From positions 16,575,330-16,614,638 of the forward strand of contig NC_057750.1 in the NCBI RefSeq assembly GCF_004010195.1: a stretch of DNA of 39,309 nucleotides, read 5' to 3'. Below, in pieces: positions 1 through 9,850 of the stretch (the stretch's first letter is position 1; every line of letters begins with the position of its first letter). This DNA comes from Chiloscyllium plagiosum. Lineage: Eukaryota. The position numbers and the translations under genes are program-made. Below the pieces are notes generated by a model, which worked only from the letters and a program-made list of their open reading frames with translations, was not told where the DNA came from and searched no databases.

Positions 1-514
1 TCCTTCTGTATCTAGTACATATTTACCCTCTGCATTAGCCATAGTCCTGCATATGCAATTGGGAGTTCCTCTCCTACTTGGGCCACCTATGAGCTAATAC
101 CACCCGAATGCCGTACGGAGAAGCATCACATGTCAATACCAGATCTCATTTGGGATCATAACATGCCAACATCTGAGGGGTTGATAGCTGTTTTTTCACT
201 TCTTTGAAAGCTACGGCTTAGCTACGCACCCATTTCCCAGAGTGACCCTTTTTTAAGAGTTGATGAGAAGATGCCAGGATGGAGGCAAGGTTATGTATGA
301 ACTTTCTGTAATAACTCACCAGCCTGAGGAAAGACCTAAGCCCCGGTACATGTGTGGGAGCTGGGCACCTTTAATTGCCCTCACTTTATCTTCCAACAGG
401 TGTAACATGGTCTTGTCGACTCTGTAACCCAAGTAGGTTACTTGGGGTAAGTGTTGAGAGTGTGGTGCTGGAAAAGCAAGGCAGGTCAGGCAGCATCCAA
501 GGAGCAGGAGAATC

Positions 515-542
515 GACGTTTCAGGCAAGGCTCCTTCATCAG
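515..542 (-). ncRNA. Minimal hammerhead-ribozyme motif in PLE terminus
   Basis: Minus strand reads CTGATGA-AGGAGCCTTGCCT-GAAAC-GTC. Confidence 0.65.
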
Positions 543-881
543 AAATGAGGTTTGTGAGCTGAGGGGATGGGGAGATAAATGGGAGAGGAGGGTGGGGCTG
601 GGGGAAGGTAGCTGAGAGTGTGATAGGTCGATGGAGGTGGGGGTTAATGGTGATAGGTCAGAGAGGAGGGTGGCAGAAATGGCGGAGGATAATGCGATGT
701 ATGTGGAGGTTGGTGGGGTGGAAGGTGAGGACTGGGGTGCTCTGCTCTTGTTGCGGTTGGAGGGGTGGGGTTCGAGGGCAGAGGTGCAGGAAGCGGATGA
801 GATGTGCTGGAGGGCATCATCGACCATGTGGGAGGAGAAATTGCAGTCTTTGAAGAAGGAGACCATCTGATGTGTTCTGTG

Positions 882-1193
882 GTGGAGTTGGTCCTCCTGG
901 GAGCAGATGTGGCAGAGGTGGAGGAATTGGGAATAAGGGACAGCATTTTTACGGGAGGCACGGTGGGAGGATGTAGTCCAGGTAGCTGTGGGGGTTAGTG
1001 GGTTTGTAGAAGATGTTTGTGTTGAGTCGGTCACCAGTGGAGTTGGTCCTCCTGGGAGCAGATGTGGCAGAGGTGGAGGAATTGGGAATAAGGGACAGCA
1101 TTTTTACGGGAGGCACGGTGGGAGGATGTGTAGTCCAGGTAGCTGTGGGAGTTAGTGGGTTTGTAGAAGATGTTTGTGTTGAGTCGGTCACCA
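882..1193. repeat. Tandem duplication of ~155 bp within the PLE RT
   Basis: 882-1036 and 1037-1193 are near-identical (gtggagttggtcctcc...gagtcggtcacca). Confidence 0.9.
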
Positions 1194-2218
1194 TTGATAG
1201 AGATGGAGAGGCCCAGGAAGGGGAGGAAAGTGTCTGAGATGATCTAGGTGAACTAAAGGTTGGGGTGAAATGTGTTGGTGAAGTTGATGAACTGTTTAAC
1301 CTTTTCCTGGGAGCACGAAGTGGCGCCATTACAGTCATCAATGTAGTAGAGGAAAAGGTAGGGAATAGTGCTGGTGTAACTGTGAAAAATGGACTGTTCC
1401 ACGTAACCGACAAAGAGACAGGCATAGCTGGGGCCCATGCAGGTGCCCATGGCTACCCCTTTCATCTGGAGGAAGTGGAAGGATTCAAAGGAGAAATTAT
1501 TGAGGGTGAGGACCAGTTCAGTCAAACGAATGAAAGTGGAGGGGTACTGGTGGGTATGCCGGGATGTCTGGAACACATATATTTCCCTTCTAAGGCGTAC
1601 ACCCACTTGGGAGAAACATCTGAGGACTGTGTCCAAGTTCTCTAAGTGCATCCTATTGGCCTTAGCTGTTATTAGCAATTCATCTCGTTAAATGGTGACC
1701 TGGAGTACACCTTGTAAAATGTTTTCCATCATCAGTTGAAAAATTGCACAGGCTGATGATACCCCAAATGGCAGTCTCGTATATTAGTACAAATCCTTAC
1801 AGATATTAATTGTAGCCTACTTCTGGGGACCCTAATTTAACTGCAATTGCAAGCATGCATGGCTCATGTCCAACTTTATGAAGGACAACCCCCCTGCCAA
1901 CTTTGGGTATAAATCCTCTTAGGCAAGGGATTGGTATTTGTCCAGCTGTGAAAAGTGGTTTACTGTTTGTTTAAAATGGCCACAAAGGCGAACTGACCCA
2001 TTGGGCTTTACAATCTGTATGAACAGTGCTGCCCGTTCCACAAACTGGACTGATTTGATGATTTCCTTCACTTTCCAGTCATCTGATTTCTGTGTCTATT
2101 TTTGCCTCTGAGGCAAATTGCACTGGGCAGGCCTTGCAGGATCACAGAATTGCATCTTGGTTAATTATATAAATGATTTGGATGTGAATGTAGAAGGCGT
2201 GTTTAATAAATTTGTGGA

Positions 2219-2318
2219 TGTGGGAAAAGATTTGCTAACCCACGATAGGCCCACAAAAGCAAAATTGGCCAAATTTGCTTTTGAGGGCTTATCGTGGGTT
2301 AGCAAATCTTTTCCCACA
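2219..2318. mobile_element. 100-bp palindromic MITE-like element, TG..CA ends, 5-bp TSD GTGGA
   Basis: Two 50-bp arms, reverse-complementary with 3 mismatches and no spacer. GTGGA lies at 2214-2218 and 2319-2323, inside CR1 sequence. Confidence 0.8.
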
Positions 2319-2454
2319 GTGGAAAACACCAAATTTGGTGACATAGTAGACAGTGAAGAAAGTTTTCTAAGATTATAAAGGGATCTTGATCAAATGGGTC
2401 AAAAAATGGCAGATGGAGTTCAAGCTGGATAAATGTGAGGTATTGCATTTTGGT

Positions 2455-2706
2455 GCGGGGAGTGGAGGTTGGGTTGGTGGGGGGTGTGGATCTGACGAGG
2501 GAGTCACGGAGGGAGTGGTCTTTACGGAATGCTGATAGGGGAGGGGAGGGAAACGGACCCCACCACCAAGGATATATTTCCCTTGGAAAGTTGCTGGACC
2601 AACTTTCCTCATTCCTGAAGAAGGGCTAATGCCCGAAACGTCGATTCTCCTGTTCCCTAGATGCTGCCTGACCTGCTGCGCTTTTCCAGCAACACATTTC
2701 CATCTC
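2455..2706. mobile_element. Rearranged PLE fragment: inverted internal piece plus plus-strand pLTR
   Basis: The terminus cctgaagaagggctaatgcccgaaacgtcgattctcc...ttttccagcaacacatt matches other PLE ends. Confidence 0.8.
2615..2642 (+). ncRNA. Minimal hammerhead-ribozyme motif, intact core
   Basis: CTGAAGA-A-GGGC-TAAT-GCCC-GAAAC-GTC. Confidence 0.75.
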
Positions 2707-3793
2707 ACATATAGACAGGGTGGTTAAAAAGGCATTTGGCACGCTTGCCTTCATTGCTCAGTCCTTTGAGTATTGGAGTTTGGAAGTCATATTGTGGTTG
2801 TACAAGACATTGGTGAGGCCCCTTTTGGTCACCTAGTTATAAGAAGAATATTATTAAGTTTGAGAGGGCTCAGAAGAGATTTACCAGGATGTTGTCGGGT
2901 ATGGAAGGTTTGAGTTACAAAGAGAGGTTGGATAGTTTCCATGCTGTATGACTCTATGAATCTGTGTAAGAAGGTTTTAGCTCCTTTGATAGTCTATAGA
3001 CCTTTCTGAAAAACATATATTTAATTAGGATTTCACTCAGGCAGCCATTTTCTAATCAAAAATGTTTAGCTGAATCTTTTCTTAAACAATTTTGGCCCAT
3101 CAAGCATTGGCCTGAGCCTTTTACTGCAATCACTGAACCAGCTGCTTCGCATTAGAGACCAGAACTGGAGTTGCATCCTTACTCTGTCAAGGATCCTCAG
3201 TGTGGGTTCTCCGTTTAGCTGAGGTCTTGCGCAAATGTAAAGTTTGGAGTCCAGAGCGGATTTTGTTAAAGGTTGGTTCTGCGATTACTGAGACAGCCAT
3301 GCTGGCGTTGGCGTCCATTAGAACCCGGTGACCGTTGAACCAGATGTTTATTTTGATTGGTTCTGATTGGATGTTGCTAAGAATTTTAACTGTTCCAAGT
3401 TAGATATAGGTGGATTTTACAAAGTGTTCACTCTACTGGATACCGACCTAAGTCTAGTAGGACTCTTTTGCTGTCTTGAGTCGCACACCAGCAGTAACTA
3501 CATGGCTTGCCAGCCTGGGTCCTGAAAAAGCTTTAACCATTGGCCGAGGTTTGGCTTTGTTTTGGGGTTTTGCTGCAGGCTGGCCTAGAGTCCCTCTAAT
3601 CAGCATGTGTCCTGAGTGAGGTTATGCAATTGCCGTCATTCAAGTGATGTTCCCCAAGCGTAGTCAGACTGGCAAGGGTATCAACTTCTATTGGAACACC
3701 CCCTGCAACTGAAATACTCCACTTGCCGCATTTTCCAATAATAAAGCCGATTGTGGTGCCTGTTTGAAACCAGTTGGGCTTCAGCTAATAGGT

Positions 3794-3935
3794 TCCGGAG
3801 TAGAGTGGTGCTGGAAAAGCACAGCTGTTCAGGTAGCATTCGAGGAGCAGGAAAATCGACGTTTTGGGCAAAAGCCCTTCATCAGGAATACAGGCAGAGT
3901 GCCTGAAGGGTGGAGAGATAAATGAGAGGAGCTAA
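3794..3935 (-). mobile_element. Short PLE terminal fragment with 14-bp TSD
   Basis: TTCAGCTAATAGGT at 3780-3793 and 3936-3949. The hammerhead core carries GAAAC->AAAAC. Confidence 0.85.
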
Positions 3936-4434
3936 TTCAGCTAATAGGTGTTTTAGCATAGTTACTTCATTGCTCCCACATACCAACCGATCTCCCAGCA
4001 TCTCATAATGGGTTAAACAAAATTCATGTGCCTCTGCCAGTCATCTTAACCTCGTCAAAGATCCCAATACAGAATCCCCTAGTTCTTGAATTGCCAAATA
4101 AAACTGTTAGTGTCTCAGAATTAGAGGAGGCCTGTGGTCATAATATTCCTTAACTAAAAAAAGGTTTTAGTATCTGCTGCCTCAGGGAACATTAGGCTCC
4201 TAATAACCCAAAAAGCGGTGGCTTCACAAGCTGTCACGAGAATTACTCATTGCTTTCCTTCTGCCCCCATGTCATTTGCTCGGAGAAAATAATGAATTCT
4301 TTTCACAAACTGGCCCCAGTCTTTGATGGTAGGATTGAATGAATCAAGTTTCCCAAATAATGGCACTATGCCAGAAGTACTTATCTCATCTCAAAGATGA
4401 CTATTGTGAGTGAATTTCTTCAGAGTGTGCTTTT

Positions 4435-4446
4435 CTCTTGTCACCA
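4435..4446 (-). other. Primer-binding site, probably tRNA-Ser(GCU)-type and CpG-decayed
   Basis: TGGTGACAAGAG lies 1 nt after the LTR end. Its first 10 nt match TGGCGACGAG apart from two CpG transitions. Confidence 0.6.
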
Positions 4447-4447
4447 C

Positions 4448-4673
4448 TGAAATAACTCCACAAAGGCCAGTATCCCATCACCAAGTCACCCTTAGTTTAA
4501 ACATGGAGAATCCTTGACACTGATCCAGCTCCCTCAGAGCCAGCTCTCAGAATGAACAGGATCTTTGACACTCCTGTTATTAACTGTCAGCCAGGGCTCC
4601 CTGATTGGACTGATTAATATCCCCAATCAGGGAACTCATATTCTATGAGATCAACCTGGCTGACCCTGTTACA
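4448..4673 (-). mobile_element. 5' LTR (226 bp) of the Gypsy element
   Basis: Minus strand begins TGTAAC and ends TTTCA, immediately upstream of the PBS and gag. A homologous solo copy lies at 17659-17955. Confidence 0.85.
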
Positions 4674-4899
4674 ATTGATACAAAATACACCGCTTACTAC
4701 AGAGTCAGTAACAAGTGCTCATTGGTTGGATTCACCTATACCAGTATGGGCATTACATTTGGCTTCAGTGCCTTTGGGTGACAGGATGAAGAGGGGAAAA
4801 CAGCCAGGCCTGCTGCTGTTCAGAGCTGCCTAGTCACTGCTAACGAACAAGTGCAGGTGAATGTGGTGTTCATCAGAAAAAAAATCTGCAATTCTGTGG

Positions 4900-5120
4900 C
4901 AATCCAGGATGTCCCAAAGCATTTTACATCTGGTGAAGTCATTCTAAAGTGTAATTATTGTTGTATTGTGGGCAAATGGCAGACAAGCCAACTCCCACAA
5001 ATAAGTTGTAGGCTTTTTAGTAATATTGGATGAGGGATAAATTGTGGATAGGGTGCTGGGGAAAAATGCCCTGCTCTTCTTGGAAATAGTGTCATGGAAT
5101 CTTTTATAACCACCTGCCCA
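4900..5120 (-). mobile_element. Ancient Deu-domain/L2-tailed SINE fragment
   Basis: Reverse complement of the tgtgggag..ttggc..gctttgggac type consensus, recalled from memory. Similar pieces lie at ~22990-23200, 26500-26650 and 30310-30620. Confidence 0.55.
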
Positions 5121-5976
5121 GTAGGGTAGATAGGAACAAGGCCTGACATAAGATCAGACAATGTGTTTGTTCTTCTATTCTACACAAAATGCAATAGATT
5201 CCTGGAGGCCACACCTTGATCACGAGCAAGGAATGTCTTTTGATACTAAAAATGAACTTGTACAAAGCAAGGTAAATACTCTGAAGGCTTAACTGATATT
5301 GTCTGCCCATCAGGATATAAGGGATTGTTCCTGGGAAGAGCTTACCAGAATTCTGTGTATCCTCACCATGTTGTCAGTAATTGTTATTAGTGTTAACAGT
5401 GCACTGAGTTGAGCCTGTTGTCTCACAAGAGACAATCATCTATCCTCGATGTAATGTAATTAGTTATTAAGAAAGATGTAATAAACTGTTTAATCAAGAT
5501 TGAGCCTATCTTTCACTGAATATACTGTGTGGGCATCCTTCCCATTTGCTATCAGCGACTAATACCTGTAAGAAGGATTAGTGGCAGTGAATCAACCCAT
5601 AATATTAGCCATGTTGACAAACAACATAAGGAGCCAGCAGTGCTGGGATCTGAAGTTAGAAGAGAGCATGTTTCTGACTGTCACCGTTTTCAGCTTCACT
5701 TTGCCTGAGACCGCACTTGATGCAGTTGGAACAAGTCCCTGCATTTCCATCTTCACTATCATCGAGCTGGTGATTTCCATTTGAAAGTGCAACCACCGTC
5801 AGTGGGTGGGCGTGGACACAGTCGGTAATGTTTGTGCAGCAAGAACCCAGAAACAACAATGAGACAAGTGAAACAAGAGCAGTAAAGGCTAGAAAGTCAC
5901 AGCAACTCAGACAACTGTGGAGTGAAGCAGCTCATTGACCTGAAGCACCAACTCCATTTCTCTCAGAAGGTCATCG

Positions 5977-6670
5977 TAGAGTCATAGATATCTACTGCTA
6001 AGTAAAAAAGACTTTTGGCCCACCAGTCTCCACCAGTCAAAAGTGACCACCTAACTATTCTAATCTCATTTTCCAGCACTTGGCCCACAGCCTTGTATGC
6101 CTTGACATTGCAAGTGCACATCTGAATATTTCTTAAATGTTATGAGGGTTTTCGTCTCTACCATCCTTCTAGGCAGTGAATCCCAGATTCATGGCATCCT
6201 CTGAATGAAAAAGGTTTTCCTCACATTTCCTTGAAACCACTTCCCCTTTACCTTAATCCTATGCTCCCAGTCATGAATTCCTCTATCCAAGGGAAAAAGT
6301 TTCTTCCTGTCTACTTTTTCTGTGCTCATAATTTTATACATCACAATCATGTCCCCTCTCAATGTCCTCTGCTCTAAGGGAATCAATGGCAGTCTGTCCA
6401 TTCTCTCTTCGTTACATCTCTTCATCAGTCTGTGGAAATTGCTTCCCCAGAAAGTAGAGGAGGCTGTGTTATTGAATTCATTCAAAGCTGAATTAGAGAG
6501 ATTTTTGAGAGATGAGGTAGCCAGGAGTTATTGGGGGGTGGGGGTGGGGAGATGGGGAGGTGGGGGAAGGAATTGCAAATTGTAGCTAAGACGACAACCA
6601 GATCAACCATGATTTGATTGGAATCCAGAACAGGCTCGAGGAGCTGAATGGCCTACTTCTGTTCCTAGGT
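5977..6670. mobile_element. Two CR1 3'-end fragments in opposite orientation
   Basis: The minus-strand piece translates LEQRTLRGDMIVMYKIM. The plus-strand piece ends gagctgaatggcctacttctgttcct. Confidence 0.7.
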
Positions 6671-7689
6671 GCTATGTTTCCATGTCCTAGATCAGTCTTT
6701 CCCTCTGTGATCCAATTTCAATGCTTGAAAACTGTTGCAAGTCCTTGGTGTGGGATGGGGTGGAGGAGCAGACCAATGAAAACAGGGGGCTGCCAAAACT
6801 GCCTTGGTGTTCACACTCTCAATTTTAACTCGCAACCCCACTTGATATTTACTTCGGGGAACCTTATCCTAGATGCTGCTTGTCCAGTTGAATTTCTCCA
6901 ACGTTTTTCTTTTTACAAGCTTCTAATATCTGTAGTATTTTGCTCTTGAATGATGAGTAATCAACTTTGATGATGCAGTTTCATGAACTGGATACTCTTC
7001 CTCAGAGAACAGCAGATGGATGAGAGGCACACGTGAGGTGGAGATCCTCTATTTAGCATCTTATCTGAAAAACAGCACCTCCAACACTGCAGCACTCCCT
7101 TGGAGATGGGTACGGAACCCATCATTTTCTGAATGTGAGGGAACTACCCAACTGAGTCACCTCATGAAGACAGCCAGGAGAAAGTCTGGGGAGATGGTCT
7201 CAAAGGGGTTAACCCAGATGGATAGAAACAGGAATTACTATTAGCATTTCTATTTGTTCACTGTGCAAGCAACAGTTAGAAAATTGAATGACTTGTGTAA
7301 ATAAACAGTTTTTCTTTGCCACGAGGATGTTGATGGGATGGAATTGCTGCTGGCTGCAGCAAGGACCAGGAGCAGGTATTACCAGTTTTCTGCATAATTT
7401 AATATTCATTTGGCAATCTTCAGGCTCCAGACACTCAGCGACGTTGTTATACTGGGTTATTTAATGTCTGTAATCGTATCGACATAATCTCTGAGCTGCT
7501 GTCTCTGGTTTTCCAGAACAGCAGTGAATTAAAAACAGTATTTAGTAAATAAATCCTGTAATTTTGTTAATTGAAGAATACAAAGAAAATGGAGATTTTT
7601 TTTAATAAAGAGAAAATTGCCTCCAGTGGTGCCGCATTCAGTTATTAAATTGCCAGGAGGGATAGAATGGAACAGGCAAGTTGCCAGCT

Positions 7690-7830
7690 GAGGGGAGGGG
7701 CCGGAAGAGAGTAGACATTAAAGTTTCACACAATCCGGAAGCAAAGTTCTGGAGCTGTGTGAAAGTCCCAGGGATTTTCAGATATTTTAGAGCCTAATCT
7801 CTCCATTGCACCTATACTGAGGTATGCTGC
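7690..7830. promoter_or_regulatory. Candidate promoter/enhancer: 2 ETS sites, GC-box-like run, back-to-back kB-like sites
   Basis: CCGGAAG at 7701 and 7735; GGGGAGGGG at 7692; TGAAAGTCCC-A-GGGATTTTCA at 7760-7780; possible donor GAG|GTATGC at 7821/7822. Confidence 0.3.
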
Positions 7831-8884
7831 TTTATGTGTTTGCATGAAACATAGTGCCTGCATTGCCTGTCCCCATGCATTTCACAGAGTAGGTATCAGT
7901 TAAAATCTGACACTGAGTCATGTAAGGAAAGATTAGGTAATCAGAATTATGTATCAGGTTGGATTGTTGTGGTAGCATTTGAAGCTCAGCAACCAATTTG
8001 CACACAGGTCCCATGAAAACAAATGTTATGAACAAGATGCAGATTAGACTCCCAAAGTATGATGTACATTTTCAACTTTTAATTCCAAACTTCTTTTTTG
8101 AAGAAGAGGAATACTACCAAACAACAAATAAAGACTGTAGAAGTAAATTCACTGCTGACTGGGAAGGTCCTGTGTGGGACCCATGGAATGGTGCACCCGT
8201 ATGGTGTCAGGAAAACTTCAAACAGAGGGATAGAGACATGTAACAGGAAGTAATAACAACGGGACCGCTATTTTTCCCTTCTCAGCATAAAGCTACCTCA
8301 TGGAAACTGCTTTTGTCTTTTCAAGAATGGACAAAAACTAGGGTTAAACAATGACCGCAACTCTGGTCTGTGTGTGTTCATGGAAGAAAGTGTGCTAGTA
8401 AGCTGCAGCACCCATGTGTATTACCCTGTGTTTAATTGAACCACCCACTATTCATCTCTGTGTTGCAGGTAAAAGACGCCTTTCTCTGAGCCAGCAGGCC
8501 AGTCAGAAGGAAAAGGGACAAGAAGGACTCTCCTGTTCTGAATGCTACCAGCCATCTGCCATCAAGAGGAAACTGATCACATTGATTTCAACTATCTGTA
8601 AAAGCCAAGAACCTGAAAAGTCAAGTATTTATTAATAAATGTTCCACTATCTCCTCTTCACACATGACCCATAGAATCTGATCCATAAATATTTTAACTT
8701 TGATCTTCTTTTGTACTCACTTATTCCTACATTTTGCAAATATGTATTGCATTATTCTCATTTATTAACTCAAGAATGCCTAGTTAAATTGGCTTCTTTT
8801 AAAACATAAATTCATTTATTCAGAGAGAAAGTCATCCTCAAAAAAGGGATCTTATTTTTAAATTTTTTAAAAAATAGTTTTTTT

Positions 8885-9850
8885 AAGATGGTGGCAGAGT
8901 AGGACACTTCAGCCATTTCTTTCTCTTTTTTTCTTTCTTTGTGTTTCTTCTCGGCAATGTCCTGAACTTCTGGCCTCAGCACAGACCCAGCATGGCGGCC
9001 TCCCAGCCCAATATGGGAGTCTTTCAGCCCGGTCCATGGCAGTCTGGTCTCTCAGTCTGGTCTCTCAGTCTGGTCTCTCAGAAGCCCGTGGCGGTCTTTC
9101 GGCCTGGAGTGGGAGTCTTTCAGCGGTCCATGATGGTGTCTCGGCGGTTCATGACGATCTCTCAGCCAGGCATCTGAGGTGGTCAACAGTGAGAGCAGGG
9201 CTCAGCATGCACCCAGCGATCAGAGGCTGCAAGTGGTTCCTGCCTGGTCATGTTGCGGAGGCAGTTGGTGATCGTAGACAGCAGCAGTAGTAGTGATGGC
9301 ATTGTGACCCAGTGTGGGAAGAGCAAGCAATGAGTGAGGCCCCCCTCGTATCTGTGGTGGTGTCGAGAACATGCAGCTGAGGTCTCCCAGAGAGCAAGAT
9401 ATGCAGAAGAAATTGGGCCCCAGCATGGCTAAGCATTCAAGAAAAATGTACTGCATTCCTTTATTTCTCTAATTTATATTAAGAAAGACCTTAATGTTAA
9501 CTATTACCTTATTTCTTTATTTTTCTTCTTATTTTATCATGGTCTGTAGTGCTTAACGTTTTAAGACCATAAGACCATAAGACATAGGAGCAGAAGTAAG
9601 GCCATTCGGCCCATCGAGTCCAATCATGGCTGATGGGCATTTCAACTCCACTTACCTGCATTCTCCCCGTAGCCCTTAATTCCTCGTTTTAACCTAGTTT
9701 CTTGCTGATTTTGTACCAAGGTTTTGTAACTAAGTACTTTGGTGGCGATGGTACGATGTGTGGCGATGTTATACACCTCCACTGTACTCCTGACTTCTGT
9801 ACTTGAGTACACATGATAATAAAAAGCTAAATCTAAATTTAAATCTAATT
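8885..9850 (+). mobile_element. Non-autonomous LINE-like repeat (L2/Rex1-type ends) containing a nested CR1-tail insertion
   Basis: Starts AAGATGGTGG and ends gtacacatgataataaaa plus a (TCTAAA)-like tail. The nested insert at 9565-9684 is flanked by CGTTTTAA (9557-9564, 9685-9692). Confidence 0.45.

Larger units (their letters stand above)
449..1564 (-). mobile_element. Penelope-like element (PLE) fragment: partial RT/thumb plus terminal pLTR, inserted into the Gypsy RT
   Basis: Translation LVLTLNNFSF..GVAMGTCMGPSYACLFVG..YIDDC..FTNTFHP and IFYKPTNPHSYLDY are PLE RT motifs. The terminus at 449-545 is shared with other copies. No GIY-YIG domain is visible. Confidence 0.88.
2118..2960 (+). mobile_element. 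CR1-type LINE RT/3' fragment, interrupted by a palindrome (2219-2318) and a PLE fragment (~2455-2706)
   Basis: YINDLDVNVEGVFNKF..TKFGDIVDSEESFLRL matches the CR1 RT motif [13 protein letters not shown]. Ends in a tatgactctatga tail. Confidence 0.85.
1..4673 (-). mobile_element. Decayed Gypsy (Ty3/Metaviridae) LTR retrotransposon, 5' part, interrupted by PLE and CR1 insertions
   Basis: Minus-strand translations in Gypsy order: gag-like PLFGKLDSFNPTIKDWGQFVKRIHYFLRANDM (~4270-4370); protease-like PIKINIWFNGHRVLMDANASMAVSVI (~3280-3360); RT YTRLPFGVSSACAIFQ and HLENLDTVLRCFSQVGVRLRRE (~1565-2100); VTYLGYRVDK..EDKVRAIK (~370-445); RNase H LVLTCDASPYG (~110-145). Many stops and frameshifts. Confidence 0.9.

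Noticed and set aside
5581..5860. Overlapping 66-67-aa ORFs in unique sequence
   Set aside because: No recognisable protein, and all plus-strand frames after the candidate acceptor hit stops.
8469..8635. Cytokine (IL-2/15/21-like) last exon suggested by CSEC and ATTTA motifs
   Set aside because: The similarity is too weak to name, and no upstream coding exon could be joined in frame. Kept only as an unnamed candidate.
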